This document shows positions 14,696 to 27,836 of a stretch of DNA of 64,000 bases, piece after piece. Under the pieces are notes generated by a model. It had not been told where the DNA came from and searched no databases. It saw only the letters and a list, made by a program, of their open reading frames with translations. The DNA is from Octopus sinensis (Eukaryota): assembly GCF_006345805.1 (NCBI RefSeq), contig NC_043008.1, positions 51,460,001 to 51,524,000 of the forward strand, written 5' to 3'. Position 1 is the stretch's first letter, and every line of letters starts with the position of its first letter. The position numbers were made by a program, and so were the translations under genes.

Positions 14696-15514
14696 AGACG
14701 TCGCACAGTATCCGATATCGTGATGTTGACTGAAGATATTGTGTAAACCGAGGGTTTGTACAGTTTGTTAAGTCACAAGAAGGACCTCAGACAGACAGTA
14801 CGTTGCACAATATGCGTACTGTTCCAAGTAATGCCAACTTTTGCAATACACCTAGATTGTAGGGTATTTCTAAAGTTTCCAGATGTTTCTTCGGGTTGAG
14901 CGATATTGAACCCAATGCTTCGATGACAATAGGAACAAACTTTATATTTGACTCTCATAGCTGCCACGTCTTGGCGATCTCAATTCTCAGGTCTCCACAT
15001 TTATCGATCTTTTCTCTTTATTTCATGATAATATGTCGATCTCCTGGCATTAACGCGTCGACTATTAGGCCGGCCGTCGGTGCTCTAACACCTTGTCTGT
15101 CTGGAAGTCAAAGTTTTAGAGGATTTTTGCCTTCCCCCTTTTTGTCCATTACCTTTTCTGGTGTATGTTGGTACCAAGCACTCGCTACCTCGTATCCATA
15201 CTTTCGGCGTAGTAATCAATGATGGTTTTGCGCTACCCTGTCGTACCTGCGCTTGTACTCTTTCTGCACGAGACTTCCACAATCATTAACAATGTGAGTC
15301 ACGCCTTTGACCCTCTTTTCATACATTCAACAGAGGTTCGTTGCATTTGTGTGGTATATATATCTCTTTACACAGAGTTGGTACTCAATGCCTGATCCTG
15401 GGCAGCGATGATTAGGCTTTCAGTTTTCTTTTTTAGGTCACCCTTTCTGAGCCACATCCATGATGCTTCCTGATCTTTTAAGTTGTTAGTTTCACGGTGG
15501 AACTGACCATGTGG
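14696..15514 (-). mobile_element. Degraded 3' part of an R4/Dong-clade non-LTR retrotransposon (RLE endonuclease region)
   Basis: Minus-strand HGQFHRET..SWMWLRKGDLKKKTESLIIAAQDQALSTN, QKEYKRRYD, WYQHTPEKV, DLRIEIAKTW, KFVPIVIEALGS; the 3' end abuts an (AAT)n-like tract. Confidence 0.85.
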
Positions 15515-17165
15515 GCCCTGGAAAAATGAAAGGCAAAGTTGACGTCGGCAGGATTTGAATTCAGAATGTAAAGAACTAGAAAATATTGCAAAGGGGTTTT
15601 CTGAACGCCGTGCCAATCCATTCACTTAAATATATTTGTTTTTAAAACAGGGGCAAGGCCTGACACTTTGGGTGTAGGGGTAGTAACAGTCGATTGTATT
15701 GACTCCTGTCCTTCACTTGTATTTTATCTTATCAACTCTGGTACTGTAGTGGTTCAGTGGTATGAAGGTGTGTGGTCTAGTGGTCTGAGGTGTTCCACTC
15801 ACGATCATAAATTCGTGAATTTGGTTCCTGGGCCGAGCGCCACATTATTTTCTTGAGCAAAACCCTTTATTTCACTTCAAAGCAGTTGCTCTGCGGGTGG
15901 AAAAGTGGCAAAATCGTTTGTGCATCGGTAGAAATGCTTTGCAGTATATCTCCCGTTTCTCTACATTCTGAGTTCAAATCCCTCTTGTCTGGAGAAAGCA
16001 ACAAGAAACCACTCCAGTACCTTCTCAAGTATAATCATGGTAGCCAAAGTTCCAGTAGTCTACTTAACGGCGGCAGAGAGGGGTATGGGCCCACCCCTGT
16101 CGTACAGAGAGTGCTGGAGGAAGTTTACATGCACAGGATCAGCCCAACGGCAGACTACCTCTACACTTGGACTTCGGTGGTATTTCCTTTTAGATAAGAA
16201 CGACAGAGAAATGAAAGTAAAGCAAAGTTGACCCAGGTAGGGTTTGAACTCAGTTCATAAAGAGCTGAAATACTCCCAACAATTCTGCCGTTACCCCGCG
16301 TCCCATTTACTTTTATTTTCAATCAGCAGTGTTATTTAATCCAAACAATTTTAATGTATTCACACACTCGTTACCATATTTAGTAATACCAATGACGTCA
16401 GCCTACAGCAATCGATGTGTGTGTGTGTATGCGTGTGTTTTATGAATATGTTTATCTGTATGCATGTGTGTATGTGTGTGTATATGCGTGAGCAGTTGTT
16501 ACGTGTGTATATGTTTGTATGTATGTATGCGTGTGTTAGTTTATTTTTATTTTTATATTTTTCTCTTCGCTCCTTGCGATCGATCCTTGTATTTCTCCAT
16601 CAAAACACGTAACGTGGATGGCTACCTCTTTCCTTGTTCTTGTTCTTGTTGCTGTTATTTAGCCCCAGGAGAATGCTAATCCAGTAGACCTGTACTTCAA
16701 GGTATTCTGGTCGATAATTCATACTATCGTTAACCTCCCGCCCCACAAGAAAACTGTGTAGGATTATAAAACGCGTTTGGCTTTGTGAGATGCATTGAAA
16801 CAAAAACTGAATCTTGCGGGCCAGCTAGGGAAAATTATTCCTAAAATACTTTAATAAATTATAATGTAGGCCAATGTAAATAGGTAAACAAAAGGTTCAT
16901 ATACATTATAACAGCTCTCAACGCCTGCTCTCCCTCTCCCTTCTCTATCTCCACCCTCCCCCTCTCTCTCCACCCTCCCCCTCTCTCTCTATATATATTA
17001 AGAACAAGAACGAAAATGCTACTTTATTGTTTTTAATAAATATCTACATACACGTGTGTTACCTCTACACATTTTTCAAATGTGTGTATATATAAATATA
17101 TATATATATATATACATATGCATACATACATACATACATGCATACATACATACATCCATACATAC

Positions 17166-17213
<48 letters not shown>

Positions 17214-17796
17214 CTACATTAATTAATGTGTCCCCTTCCTTACGGTTGTGTAGTCCCAGGTGAGTCTCGATCATCAAACCTAATACGAATATCCCATCTT
17301 TTACTCAGACATAATATATCAAGGACTACGTTATCCAAATGTCTGTTTTCTTTGTTGTTGTCGTTCTTGTTGTTGCTGCTGCTGCTCACGTTTGCCTCCA
17401 GGCCAGACTCATTAATCAGACCAATGATCAAATACGTTCCAGCCGTGACCATACCATCATTTACTCAAACAGAGTGTATCTAGGGCTCATTAGCCTTTAG
17501 ATCCTCAAATTCTACTCGCATAAAGGGCAACGAACCATCTCCGAACATCCCGATTGCCCGTTTTCCTCTTAGTTCCACTCAGGCCGATTCCCTGTGGAAT
17601 TCCAGGTTAAAAATGCGAAATGTGAGCGTGGGAACCGCAGAAAATTTAGCTGCTGTTTCTAGCAAAGGAAACTACTGCGCAGAAGCACTCTTGTTAGATT
17701 CAAGGACGTGTTGTTGATATTGAGTCCCAGGTCAATGTTGATCTAACAGGCCTACGATCAACGGCGTTCCAGTTGAGATCATCCCATCTTTTCAAA

Positions 17797-18030
17797 GTGG
17801 AGGCATGTGGCTCAGTGGTTAGGATGTAGGACCCACAATCGTAAGAATGTGGTTTCGTTTCCTGGACCGGGCGATGCTTTGTATTCTTGAGCAAAGCTCT
17901 TCAGTCCACTCAGCTGGCAAAAATTAGTTATCCTGCTACAGACTGGCGTCCCGTCCAGGTGGGGAATGTTTACACTTTGAAACCGGAAACTGGCCCTTAT
18001 GAGTCGAGATGATTCGAGAAGGTAGCTTTA
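17797..18030 (+). mobile_element. tRNA-headed SINE family 3 (CORE-like central domain)
   Basis: gtggctcagtggttagg A box, ggtttcgtttcc B box, cttgagcaaag..cagtccactcagctggcaaaaat..gactggcgtcccgtccaggtggggaat; sister copies at 15760-15895, 29878-30122 and 60286-60424. Confidence 0.8.
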
Positions 18031-18516
18031 CCTAAATTTAGCTTACAATTTCTTTTTTACATATCGTCAAACTTTGAAATATGCAACCAGTCCTTCTCTT
18101 TATTAGATGGTAAGGTATGTCTTGAAAAGAATTTAGCTTTTATTTCTCGGTTTATTCCCTGTCTCCTTACAATTTTATACGAGATAAAATATTTGGTTAA
18201 TTATAATTTGCACTACTTAAATTGTACTAGTTTCATTAAGTACTATGTTAATTACAGTACCGATCTAATTATTGGCCAACGTAAATTATCATACCAGTTT
18301 AATTGTATTATGTTAATTATACACAAACCACCCATCGTAAATTCTAATCCATCAAGTGTAAAGATAGCTATCGGCTAAATCTCTGATTAATGAGAACACG
18401 TGAGCAGGAAGCTTGATTATAATGATTTAGTATCTTGTTAGACTTAAATTCACACATGATGTCACAAGATACAAAACCTGATTTTATTTAAAAAAAGAAT
18501 ATATATATATATTATA

Positions 18517-18565
<49 letters not shown>

Positions 18566-18918
18566 GAATAGAGACGATGTTGCAAGAATTCATGTGTGTG
18601 TGTGTGTGTGTGCATGTGCTTGTAAGCGTGCTTATGTGTACATGGCTTGTGAGTGAATGTGTGCATTTAAAAACTCTGAAGAAAAAATTCTTCGATGCAG
18701 TCGCAATAATTGAAGATATTTTAAAAATCAAAATCATTAATTATATCAAAAAGACTTTATTTTAAAAATGCAGTTTAGCATATACCTGATAGAAGAAAAT
18801 GTTTGTTTTAGCACTTTCATTGTTTTCTTTAAGAGGTAATCTATAAATTCCTTCGTTTATAAAAATTGTTTTAATGTAATCAACAACTTTTAATTTAAGA
18901 ATTTAATTTAAGAATAAT

Positions 18919-19221
18919 GGTTGTCTAAGGATGTTGAACGAAACACTCATGTTTCCAAAGGTGAATTATCCAAATCCCAAATAATTCCTTTGAACACATG
19001 GCTATGATGCTCCCCACTACTTCTGCTTGTGATCAGAGATGCACATATCATCAGCCACTAAGGGACATGCTCAACTGGTTAAGCAAATCTGTGGTATTGA
19101 GCAGAATATTTAGGGTAGCCCATCTTTTATATCAAGACAAAACAATATACATGATAACACTTCCAATCTGTTGAGATCAGAAGCCATGAGAGCCACTGCC
19201 TGGTACTGCATCAGAGCATTC
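18919..19221. mobile_element. Partial copy of the unclassified 550-bp element
   Basis: Aligns with ~19483-19797 at high identity and ends in (ATT)n. Confidence 0.8.
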
Positions 19222-19245
19222 ATTATTATTATTATTATTATTATT

Positions 19246-19794
19246 GAGTGAGAGAGCAGTGCATGCCATCAAAGTGACACTGGGGTAAAATATACGAAGC
19301 CCAATATACCCATCATGACTACCCGTCTGATAAAGGTACACCAGGCACATGCATCACAACCATATGTGCGCGACATGGTGATCTCATATCAAGATAAACA
19401 GCACATGACCTTGCAGGTGGGGCCCAGTTAGAATTTTCTTCAGATTGAGTAGCCTATCCCGCTCAAACGGTCCCTGAATAAGGGTTGTTAAGGATGTTGA
19501 AAGAACCACCCATGTTTCCAGAGGTGAACTATTCAAACCCCAAAGAATCCCTCTCAACACATGGCTATGATGCTCCCCACTACTTCTGCTCGTGATCAGA
19601 GATGCACATATTGTCAGCCACGAAGGGACATGCTCAACTGGTAAGGTCAAACAACTGACAAGCAAATCTGTGGTATTGAGCAGATTTTGCTGTAGCCCAT
19701 CTTTTATACCAAGACAAAACAATGTACATGATAACACTTCCAATCAGTTAAGATCAGAAGCCATGAGAGCCACTGCCTGGTACTGCATCAGGGC

Positions 19795-19797
<3 letters not shown>
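19246..19797. mobile_element. Unclassified ~550-bp interspersed element flanked by (ATT)n on both sides
   Basis: gagtgagagagcagtgcatgcc...cactgcctggtactgcatcagggcattt; duplicated immediately upstream; no Pol III boxes or TIRs seen. Confidence 0.7.
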
Positions 19798-19838
<41 letters not shown>

Positions 19839-19846
19839 TATTATTA

Positions 19847-19880
<34 letters not shown>

Positions 19881-19883
<3 letters not shown>

Positions 19884-21025
19884 TAGTTTTATTTTTATAG
19901 CGTGCTTTCACTTCACTACCGAGCGCAGCTCTGTGTGCCTTGGGTATGTGCTGTGATTTGTTGTGATGCTCTGATGGTTATTGTATGGAAAGTGTTCTGC
20001 GTAGGATGTGTGCAGTGCCTAGTAGTGCAATTTTCTGTATGTTATATGTGTTTGTAAGTCCTGGTGTTTTTGTTATGTATTGTCTGAATATTTTTTATCA
20101 TGCCTAATGCACCTACTATGATAGGAATTGTTTCTGTTTTCAGGTTCCACATTCTAGTTACCTCTATTTCCAGGTCTTTGTATTTTGAGAGTTTCTCCAT
20201 TTCTTTTAGAGACACGTTGTCATCTGCCGGTATTGATACATCAATTAGAAAGCATTTTTTTTCTTCATGATCTCTGACAACTATATCTGGTCTGTTGGCT
20301 TTAATTTCTCTATCTGTGTGTATCGGCATATCCCAGAGTATGGTTGCTTTCTCGTTTTCTGTGACCTTTTATGGTGTGTGCCTATACCATCTTTTTTCTG
20401 TTGTTATTCCATAATGTTGGCATAGCTTCCAATGTATGTAGGTTCCAACTCTGTCATGTCTGTGAATATATTCCTTCTTAGCCAGGATTGAGCAGCTAGA
20501 GATAATATGATTTATTGTTTCTTGTCCATCTCCACATATTCTGCAGTTACTTGTAATTTTCTTTCATTACATGTTTTTGGTATTTCTGGTGGGGAGGCTT
20601 TGGTCTTGTGCTGCAATTAAAAATCCCTCTGTTTCTGCTTTGAGTCCTGAGCTTCTCAACCATTGCTGGGATTTTTCTTTGTCTATTTCTTTTGCGTTTA
20701 GTTTAGTCCAGTATTTACCATGAAGGGGCTTTTCTTGCCATCGTTTTATCATGGCTCGTTACTGTTCTATTTTTAGTTTGGATTTCATTTGTTTTATAGC
20801 TTTTGTTGTTTCTTCATCATCTTCTTCTTCTTCTTTGTGTTTATTAGGTGGTATGATTTCTTGTTTGTATTTGTCAGCTTCCTTAAATACTGAGAACAGT
20901 TTTTTGTTTTGCTCGTGTTTTGCTGCTATCTGGATCAGTTTTCCTTCCTTCTGAAGTAGGTATTTTTGCAGTACTATGGTGGTTATTTTATAGTAGTTTT
21001 CCAGCTGTATAAGGCCTCTACCACC
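19881..21025 (-). mobile_element. 5'-truncated R4/Dong-clade LINE inserted in a (TAA)n microsatellite
   Basis: Minus-strand GGRGLIQLE..., WQEKPLHGKY, WLRSSGLKAETEGFLIAAQDQSLPTRN, CRICGDGQETINHIISSC (CCHC), HRHDRV, RPDIVVRD..CFLIDVSIP..EKLSKYKDL (PD-(D/E)xK RLE); (TTA)n on both flanks (19798-19880, 21026-21110). Confidence 0.92.
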
Positions 21026-21089
<64 letters not shown>

Positions 21090-21481
21090 ATTATTATTAG
21101 TATTATTATCATCTTTTAATCCTGTTTCCATTTCCTACCAAGTGTCTTTCTGATACCTAGGGCAGAGAAACTTACTGTATACATTGCTAGGCCATCAAAA
21201 TTAACACACCAGATTGTTCATTTACAAAAGCATGTCATAGAGAAAAAGGGAAGAAAGACAGAGAGAAAGGGATTAAATAAAAACTAAAAAAGTAAACAAA
21301 AAATATACGGGAAAAACGGAAAGAAAATTCACAGCGATAATGCTCTTCTCAGTGCGTGTGACGCACGAGTTAAGACAATCTTTTGCACTTGCTGTATGGA
21401 TGGTGAACCAGGGGACAATTCATAAATAATTTTCTATTATTATTATTTTTATTATTACTATCATCATCATTATTATTATTA

Positions 21482-21810
21482 AGGCGGCGTTGAGTTGGTA
21501 GAGTCGTGAGCACGTCCGACAAAATGTTCAAAGTGCATTTGTTTCGTGTCTACGTTTTGGTTTTAAATTCCACCGAGGTCCACTTTATGTTTCATCCTAT
21601 TTTTACGGCGGTGGGCTAGCAGAATCTTTAGCAAGCCGGAGAAAATGCTTAGCGGCATTTCGTCCGTCTTTACATTCTGAGTTAAAATGCTGCCGAGGTC
21701 GACTCTGCCTTTCATCCTTCGGGATCGATAAAATAACTACCGGTTGAGTACTGGGCTCGATGAAATCAACTTACTCCCTCCCCGGAAATTGCTCGCCAAA
21801 ATTATTATTG
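21482..21810 (+). mobile_element. Two adjacent SINE family 1 copies
   Basis: aaggcggcg..ggtagagtcgtgagcacg..ttttaaattccaccgaggtccac and ggcggtgggctagcagaatc..tgccgaggtcgactctgcctttcatcc. Confidence 0.8.
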
Positions 21811-21816
21811 TTGTTG

Positions 21817-21865
<49 letters not shown>

Positions 21866-22272
21866 AATCATCGTCTGAAACTTGATTCGTTTTCTCTAAT
21901 CAACTCAAATCTGAGATTAGATTTGCTATATAACCATATCAAAGGAAGACAACTTTTGAACCGTGTCATATGTATGAGCGTATGTATTCATGTATGTATG
22001 TATGTATGTATGTATGTATGTATGTATGTATGTATGTATGTATGTATGTATGTATGCATGCATGAGTGTGTGTGTTTTTGTGTGTGTGTGTGTATGTGTG
22101 TATATATATCTGTTTATACGGTCATTCATGTATACACAGTGTAGATATTAATACTATATGGACATTTTCATTACTTTCGCCATCATGAATATATTACTGC
22201 AGTTTCAACGATCATAGAACTCGTGTATGTATATATATATATATATAAATTACATACATATATACACACATA

Positions 22273-22351
<79 letters not shown>

Positions 22352-22377
22352 ATAAATATGTGTGTGTGTGCGTGCGT

Positions 22378-22685
22378 GTTGGAAACTAGGTCAACGAACG
22401 CCTCTCATCACGAACAAATCGGTGGTTACGAACAATTTCTCGATCATTAACGTCGGTGGTAGCGAACAGTGTCCTGAGTAACGAACAGTACTTCGGGTAA
22501 CGAACACGCAAGGCGGTAATAACGATTGGCATCAAGCTGAGAGTATTAGTTGAGAGAGCGTCAATTGCTGTCTAGTACTTGTTTAGTGCACATCTCTGCT
22601 CGAATTTACCGTGCTTCTTCTTGAATTTCTTATGGGGAAAAATACTTTCGGTCTGCGAACATTTCGGACGACGAAATTCGTAAAA
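22378..22685 (+). mobile_element. Tigger/pogo-like MITE (degenerate)
   Basis: Starts gttggaaactaggtcaacgaac with repeated acgaac motifs and ends ..acgacgaaattcgtaaa; resemblance to Tigger-type non-autonomous elements is judged from pattern only. Confidence 0.5.
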
Positions 22686-23059
22686 AGTAGGCTTTCCTAT
22701 CCGTATGGGACAAAGGGATGTGGGATTGAGTCCCACGCGGATAGAAAAGCCTACTTTTTTTCTATTGAGGGCTTATGTGCCCCATATTTAGATTATTTTT
22801 CTTAGTCATTGCACGGTGATCGCTATAAGCTTTATACTTATATAAAAACCATTATATATGTGTGTGTGTGTGTGTATAAGTATTTATATAGTGTAATACT
22901 CTATATATTTGTATCGAATACAATAAATCTGAATATTTCTTGTTTTACGTGCGCACGCGCATATACACACATACTCATGTAAATACATCACGCAAATACG
23001 CATGCCCACACATGCACACGCAGCTGAAGTTAAGCCATCGTGGTATTTTCATGATGGAA

Positions 23060-23300
23060 GGCGGCGAGCTGGCAGAAGCGTTAGCACGCCGGGCGAAATG
23101 CTTTGCGGTATTTCGTCTGCCGTTACGTTGTGAGTTCAAATTCCGCCGAGGTCGACTTTGCCTTTCATCCTTTCGGGGTCGATAAATTAAGCACCAGTTA
23201 CGCACTGGGGTCGATGTAATCGACTTAATACCTATGTCTGTCCTTGTTTGTCCCCTCTATGTTTAGCCCCTTGTGGGTAATAAAGAAATAGGTATTTTCA
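23060..23300 (+). mobile_element. SINE family 1, near-consensus full copy
   Basis: ggcggcgagctggcagaagcgttagcacg (A box) ... gagttcaaattcc (B box) ... gtcgactttgcctttcatcctttcggggtcgataaattaagcaccag (central domain resembling the Meta-type SINE domain, from memory) ... tttagccccttgtgggtaataaagaaata. Confidence 0.9.
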
Positions 23301-23479
23301 TTATGGTGGAAGTAATGAAAATAGCGATGTCATTACGATATTAGCCAGGAAGCAGCAATCATATATGTGTATGTGTATATACGTATATACGTATATATGC
23401 TCACACGCGCACACATGACATGGTTCAAAGGTTGTGCTTCGTTGATATGGTTATATGGCAACTTTGATGTAAGATTCGA

Positions 23480-23497
23480 ACTGATTAGCGATAGTAT

Positions 23498-23547
<50 letters not shown>

Positions 23548-23613
23548 ACTACTACTACTAATAATAATAATAACAATAATAATAACAACAGCAGCAACAA
23601 CAACAACAACAAC

Positions 23614-23652
<39 letters not shown>
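23480..23652. repeat. (AAT)n/(ACT)n/(AAC)n compound microsatellite
   Basis: Direct reading. Confidence 0.95.
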
Positions 23653-23653
<1 letters not shown>

Positions 23654-24334
23654 GTTTTAAATAATGGCACAATGCCAGCAAATTTTGGTAGACGTGTAAA
23701 TCGATTACATCGATCTCAGTGCTCAACTTGATACTTTATTTTATCGCCCCTCGAAAGGATGAAGGCAAAGCCAACAGCGGCGGGATTTGAACTCAGAACG
23801 TAAAGACGGTCGAAATGCTGCAAGGCAGTTTTTAATTCTTTATAGCGACAGGCATAAGGTCTGAAAATTTGGGTGAGGGGTTTAGACGATTACCTTAACC
23901 CCCGTCTTTAAAGTACATATTTTATCGACTTCCTGAGGATTGTAGACAAAGTCGACCTCGGCGAAATTTTGAAACTGGAATAGATAAAGTATCGGAAGAT
24001 ATTCCATGAAGCATTTTGGTCAGTGTGCTAAGGATTCTACGGGTTTGTCTCCTGACTCCAGCGGAACTATGAGAATGCTGTTTGTTTCAGAAGCCGTCAT
24101 ATACACAAGTGCAGCAACGCTCCGCTATACATAGTCGAAGATATCAACTCGCTCAGACTTGATTTCGAGCGAATTTCCGTCGCAATTATTGCAACATTTA
24201 TTTCATATAGTCATGTCACAGAAATATGAAAGCTTAGTGAAAGCCATCTGCTTATTATAACACATGTATTTAATGCCGATATTTCCTTACATTTTTTTTT
24301 ATACAAATCAATAGTAGTAACATATTGTAACACG

Positions 24335-24962
24335 CGGTGGCGAGCTGGCAGAAACGCGCCCGGCGTGCTACTGTTTCTTATTTCTTTATTGCCTACAAGA
24401 GGCTAAACATAGAGGGGACAAACAAGGACAGACAAGGGGATTAAGTCAATTACATCGACCTCAGTGCGTAACTGGTACTTAATTTATTCATCCTTTCGGG
24501 GTCGATATATTAAGTACCAGTTACGCATTGGGGTCAATGTAATTGACTTAATCCGTTTGTCTGTCCTTGTTTGTCCCCTCTATGTTTAGCCCCTTGTGGG
24601 CAATAAAGAAATAAGAAACGTTAGCACGTGGGGCGAAATTCCTAGCGGTATTTCGTCTGTCTTTACGTTAGGAGTTCAAATTCCGCCGAGGTCGACTTTG
24701 CCTTTCGGGTTCGATAAATTAAGTACTAGATACGTACTGGGGTCGATGTAATTCACTGGCCCCTAACCCAAACTTTCGGGCCTTGTGCCTAGAGAAGAAA
24801 TGAATATTTATTCATTTTTTACGTTTTGAGTTCAAATTCCGCCGAGGTCGATTTTGTCTTTCGGGATCAATAAATTAAGTACCAGTTACGTACTGGTATC
24901 GATCTAAAACTGGCCCCCGCCCCCAAAATTTCGGGCCTTGTGCCTAGAGTAGAAAAGAATAT
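24335..24962 (+). mobile_element. Rearranged composite SINE family 1: head, fold-back and two tandem body units
   Basis: Inverted duplication at 24357-24634, then two units (~24662 and ~24821) sharing the same internal deletion gcctttc[atcctttc]ggg. Confidence 0.85.
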
Positions 24963-25733
24963 ATTGTAACTCGCTACAGGACGATTCGGACTTTAGAATA
25001 AATTTTCAAAGGAAGAAACGAGTGTTTTGGCCCATTGGTTCCGGACCCAACTAGGTCATGACTTCTAGATGTGCTCAGACTGTCTTCGAAATGCTGCTTC
25101 TAGTGGAGATTGAGCCCGGAACCTTCAGATGATCTTATTTCCCTGACGTGTGGTGTATATCGCTCAGCTACAAAGATCACTAAAAGAACTTGCACCGTGG
25201 ATCTATTTGAATCTGGGTTTCTCTTCTACTATTCTTTGCAACATTCCTTTTCAGTTCCAGCTTATTGTTTCTCTTTGCCCATAGCTACTTTGAACTCCTG
25301 TCGGCTGTTTCTGATATGCGTTTCATCGTCACCGTCCTTTTGCGACATCTGATTCCGATCTGACATTATACTAGTTGGGACATGTGTATTAGTGAGTTAT
25401 GGTACTATAGATACTAGCAATTTCCAAATTATTTCCAGTGTTTACATAAACTAAACGTCTTTGTGGTATTTATTAAAAGTCGAAGAACGTAGTATGTTGA
25501 GAATTATTTTGATGCAGTTTTTTCTGCGCCCTTTGACAAGGGTTTTAATGGTTGCAGAAAGTAATTTCAAATGTAATGGTAAGGAATAAATCTAACAGTT
25601 TCTGTTAATGAAAGGTTGAAAGTAAATGTCGTAATACTTAAAAGTAAACGCAACGATTTGGAAAAATAATATTAGGTAAATTTTCCGGAAAATATTGCAT
25701 TATGAAAGTATGGAGGCAAGTTAAGGCCTATTA

Positions 25734-25768
<35 letters not shown>

Positions 25769-26249
25769 CCGTCTGTCTGTCCTTCCATCCATCCATCCAT
25801 CCATCCATCCATCCATCCATCTATCCATCCATCCGTCATATATACAGACACTATTCCCCAAAAGTTATATTTCAGGTTGTCTGGAAGTTTCTAAGTTTTT
25901 AAATTGCCAACACCAAAGGATTCTCGTTGGTAAGAATAAACATTCTAAAATGGCCAGCGAAATTCGAGAGAAAGAGTTTGGTCCAGTAATAGAATGTACC
26001 TGTCATGTTTACAGGTTAGATAGGTTCGAATCCCACAGACAGCCTGTGAATCTTTCTATTCTAAGGGATTTTTACCCAATATGTTCACATTCGAGATCCA
26101 GTATTCCCGAAAAGAATTATACATATAAATACACATATAGATATGTGTATATATCTACGTCAAAGTGTTAATTAGTACTAATTTGGTAGTATAAACTGAT
26201 GTACTCACAAGATAAGCAATTGGCAAGCAAGACATGAAGGGTTCGCACA

Positions 26250-26445
26250 CATGGTGAGAATTTACAAAACAAAAAACAAAAGACGAAGACGGGTGGTGTA
26301 AACAACAAACATGTATTAGTTTAATGCTCGGAGTGGAAGAAAGTCTTTTACGTTTCGAGCCTACGTTCTTTGACAGAAAGGAATACAGAAATAAACAGGG
26401 AGAGAAAATAGAAAAGGTTTGGTGTCTAGCGATCTACACACGTAT
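26250..26445 (-). mobile_element. Penelope-LTR-like repeat with hammerhead-like motif
   Basis: Minus strand cttt-CTGTCAA-A-GAAC-gtag-GCTC-GAAAC-GTA-aaaga at 26344-26380; same family as 51935-52130. Confidence 0.65.
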
Positions 26446-26763
26446 CAAAACGAAGCGTAAGCTCATGTTACTGGTAATGTTAAAATAGCACAATACCGCT
26501 CAAGTCGGGTGAGATCATTTTCAGCGAATTTAACTTATTAATTTTCCTAGATCACCCAGTTGGCGAACAACTCACAAGTTAAGTGTTCGTAGTGCAAAGG
26601 TGTTGCCAAGAATCAAGAAGGCATGTAAGAGGGGACTTTAGGTTATTTTAGAATTGCAAATAATATGAGATGCTTCTATATTTAGGAAATGATATAAGTC
26701 TTCTCTCAAAAATTTACATCGCATACACTTGTCTTTCCCTGTATCATGTTATATTTGTTTGAT

Positions 26764-26815
<52 letters not shown>

Positions 26816-27631
26816 AATACATACATATGTATATATATTTAAATATATGAGAAAGATTGAGTTCAATTACAACAATTTTACTTTGTTCTAATTGAACTCA
26901 ACCTTTCGTTCGACTAGAGGCGGAGCTCCGGCATGGCCGCAGTCAAATGACTGAACCATGTAAGAGAATAAAAGAATACAGAAATACGTTATTGGGTCAC
27001 GAATGGCGTCATCGTATCGTAGGACGTCATTTGTATCTGCGTCGTTACGTCTTCTAGGAATACCGAATCAGTTTTTGACAGCCATCCACAAACGGACATT
27101 CAATTCTTTGACCAGAGAGAGAGCGTTATGACCTTGAGCAAGGCACTTCATTTCCACGTTGTTATAGTCTACTCAGCTAAACGAATGTTTGATAGCCTCA
27201 TCCATACGCATCATCTGCTTTGTGTCCAGGAAAAAAAAAACACGTGACAAGCAAATATACACTTTGCACCAACAAGCTAGAAATGGAACAATAAAAATAT
27301 ACAACACTTCTCTAAAATCAGCATGTGTAGCTTCGCCATTGTTATCTAAATTTCAGCAATGCAATTCTTGGTTAGGAAGCGGTCCTTCTTTCCGTGAAGA
27401 ATTCAAATAACTGCAAAAAAAAAAGCTCAAAAAGAGAGAAGATACATACGTGCATAGTTTTCTTCTTACCTTAAACTTTGATTAATGTATTTTTAACATA
27501 GAAAAATATACCACACACATACAGACGCACGCAAACATACACGCACACTCACATACATTCACACACACACATACACATATATATACACACAAATTTCAGC
27601 TATACATATACATATATGCATAAACAAATAC

Positions 27632-27682
<51 letters not shown>

Positions 27683-27794
27683 CTAAATTATGTGTGCTTG
27701 TGTATGTGCTCGTATGTATGTGTGTGTGTGTATATATATATATCTATCTCTCTGTCTATATATATATATGTATATATATATGTATATGTATATA

Positions 27795-27836
<42 letters not shown>

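Noticed and set aside
15368-15625. 85-aa ORF as a single gene
   Set aside because: Chimeric: the N-terminal part is an antisense SINE and the C-terminal part is the R4/Dong remnant
26510-26535. tgagatcatttt, resembling the 5' part of bantam miRNA
   Set aside because: Only about 12 nt match and there is no complementary 5p arm upstream to form a precursor hairpin
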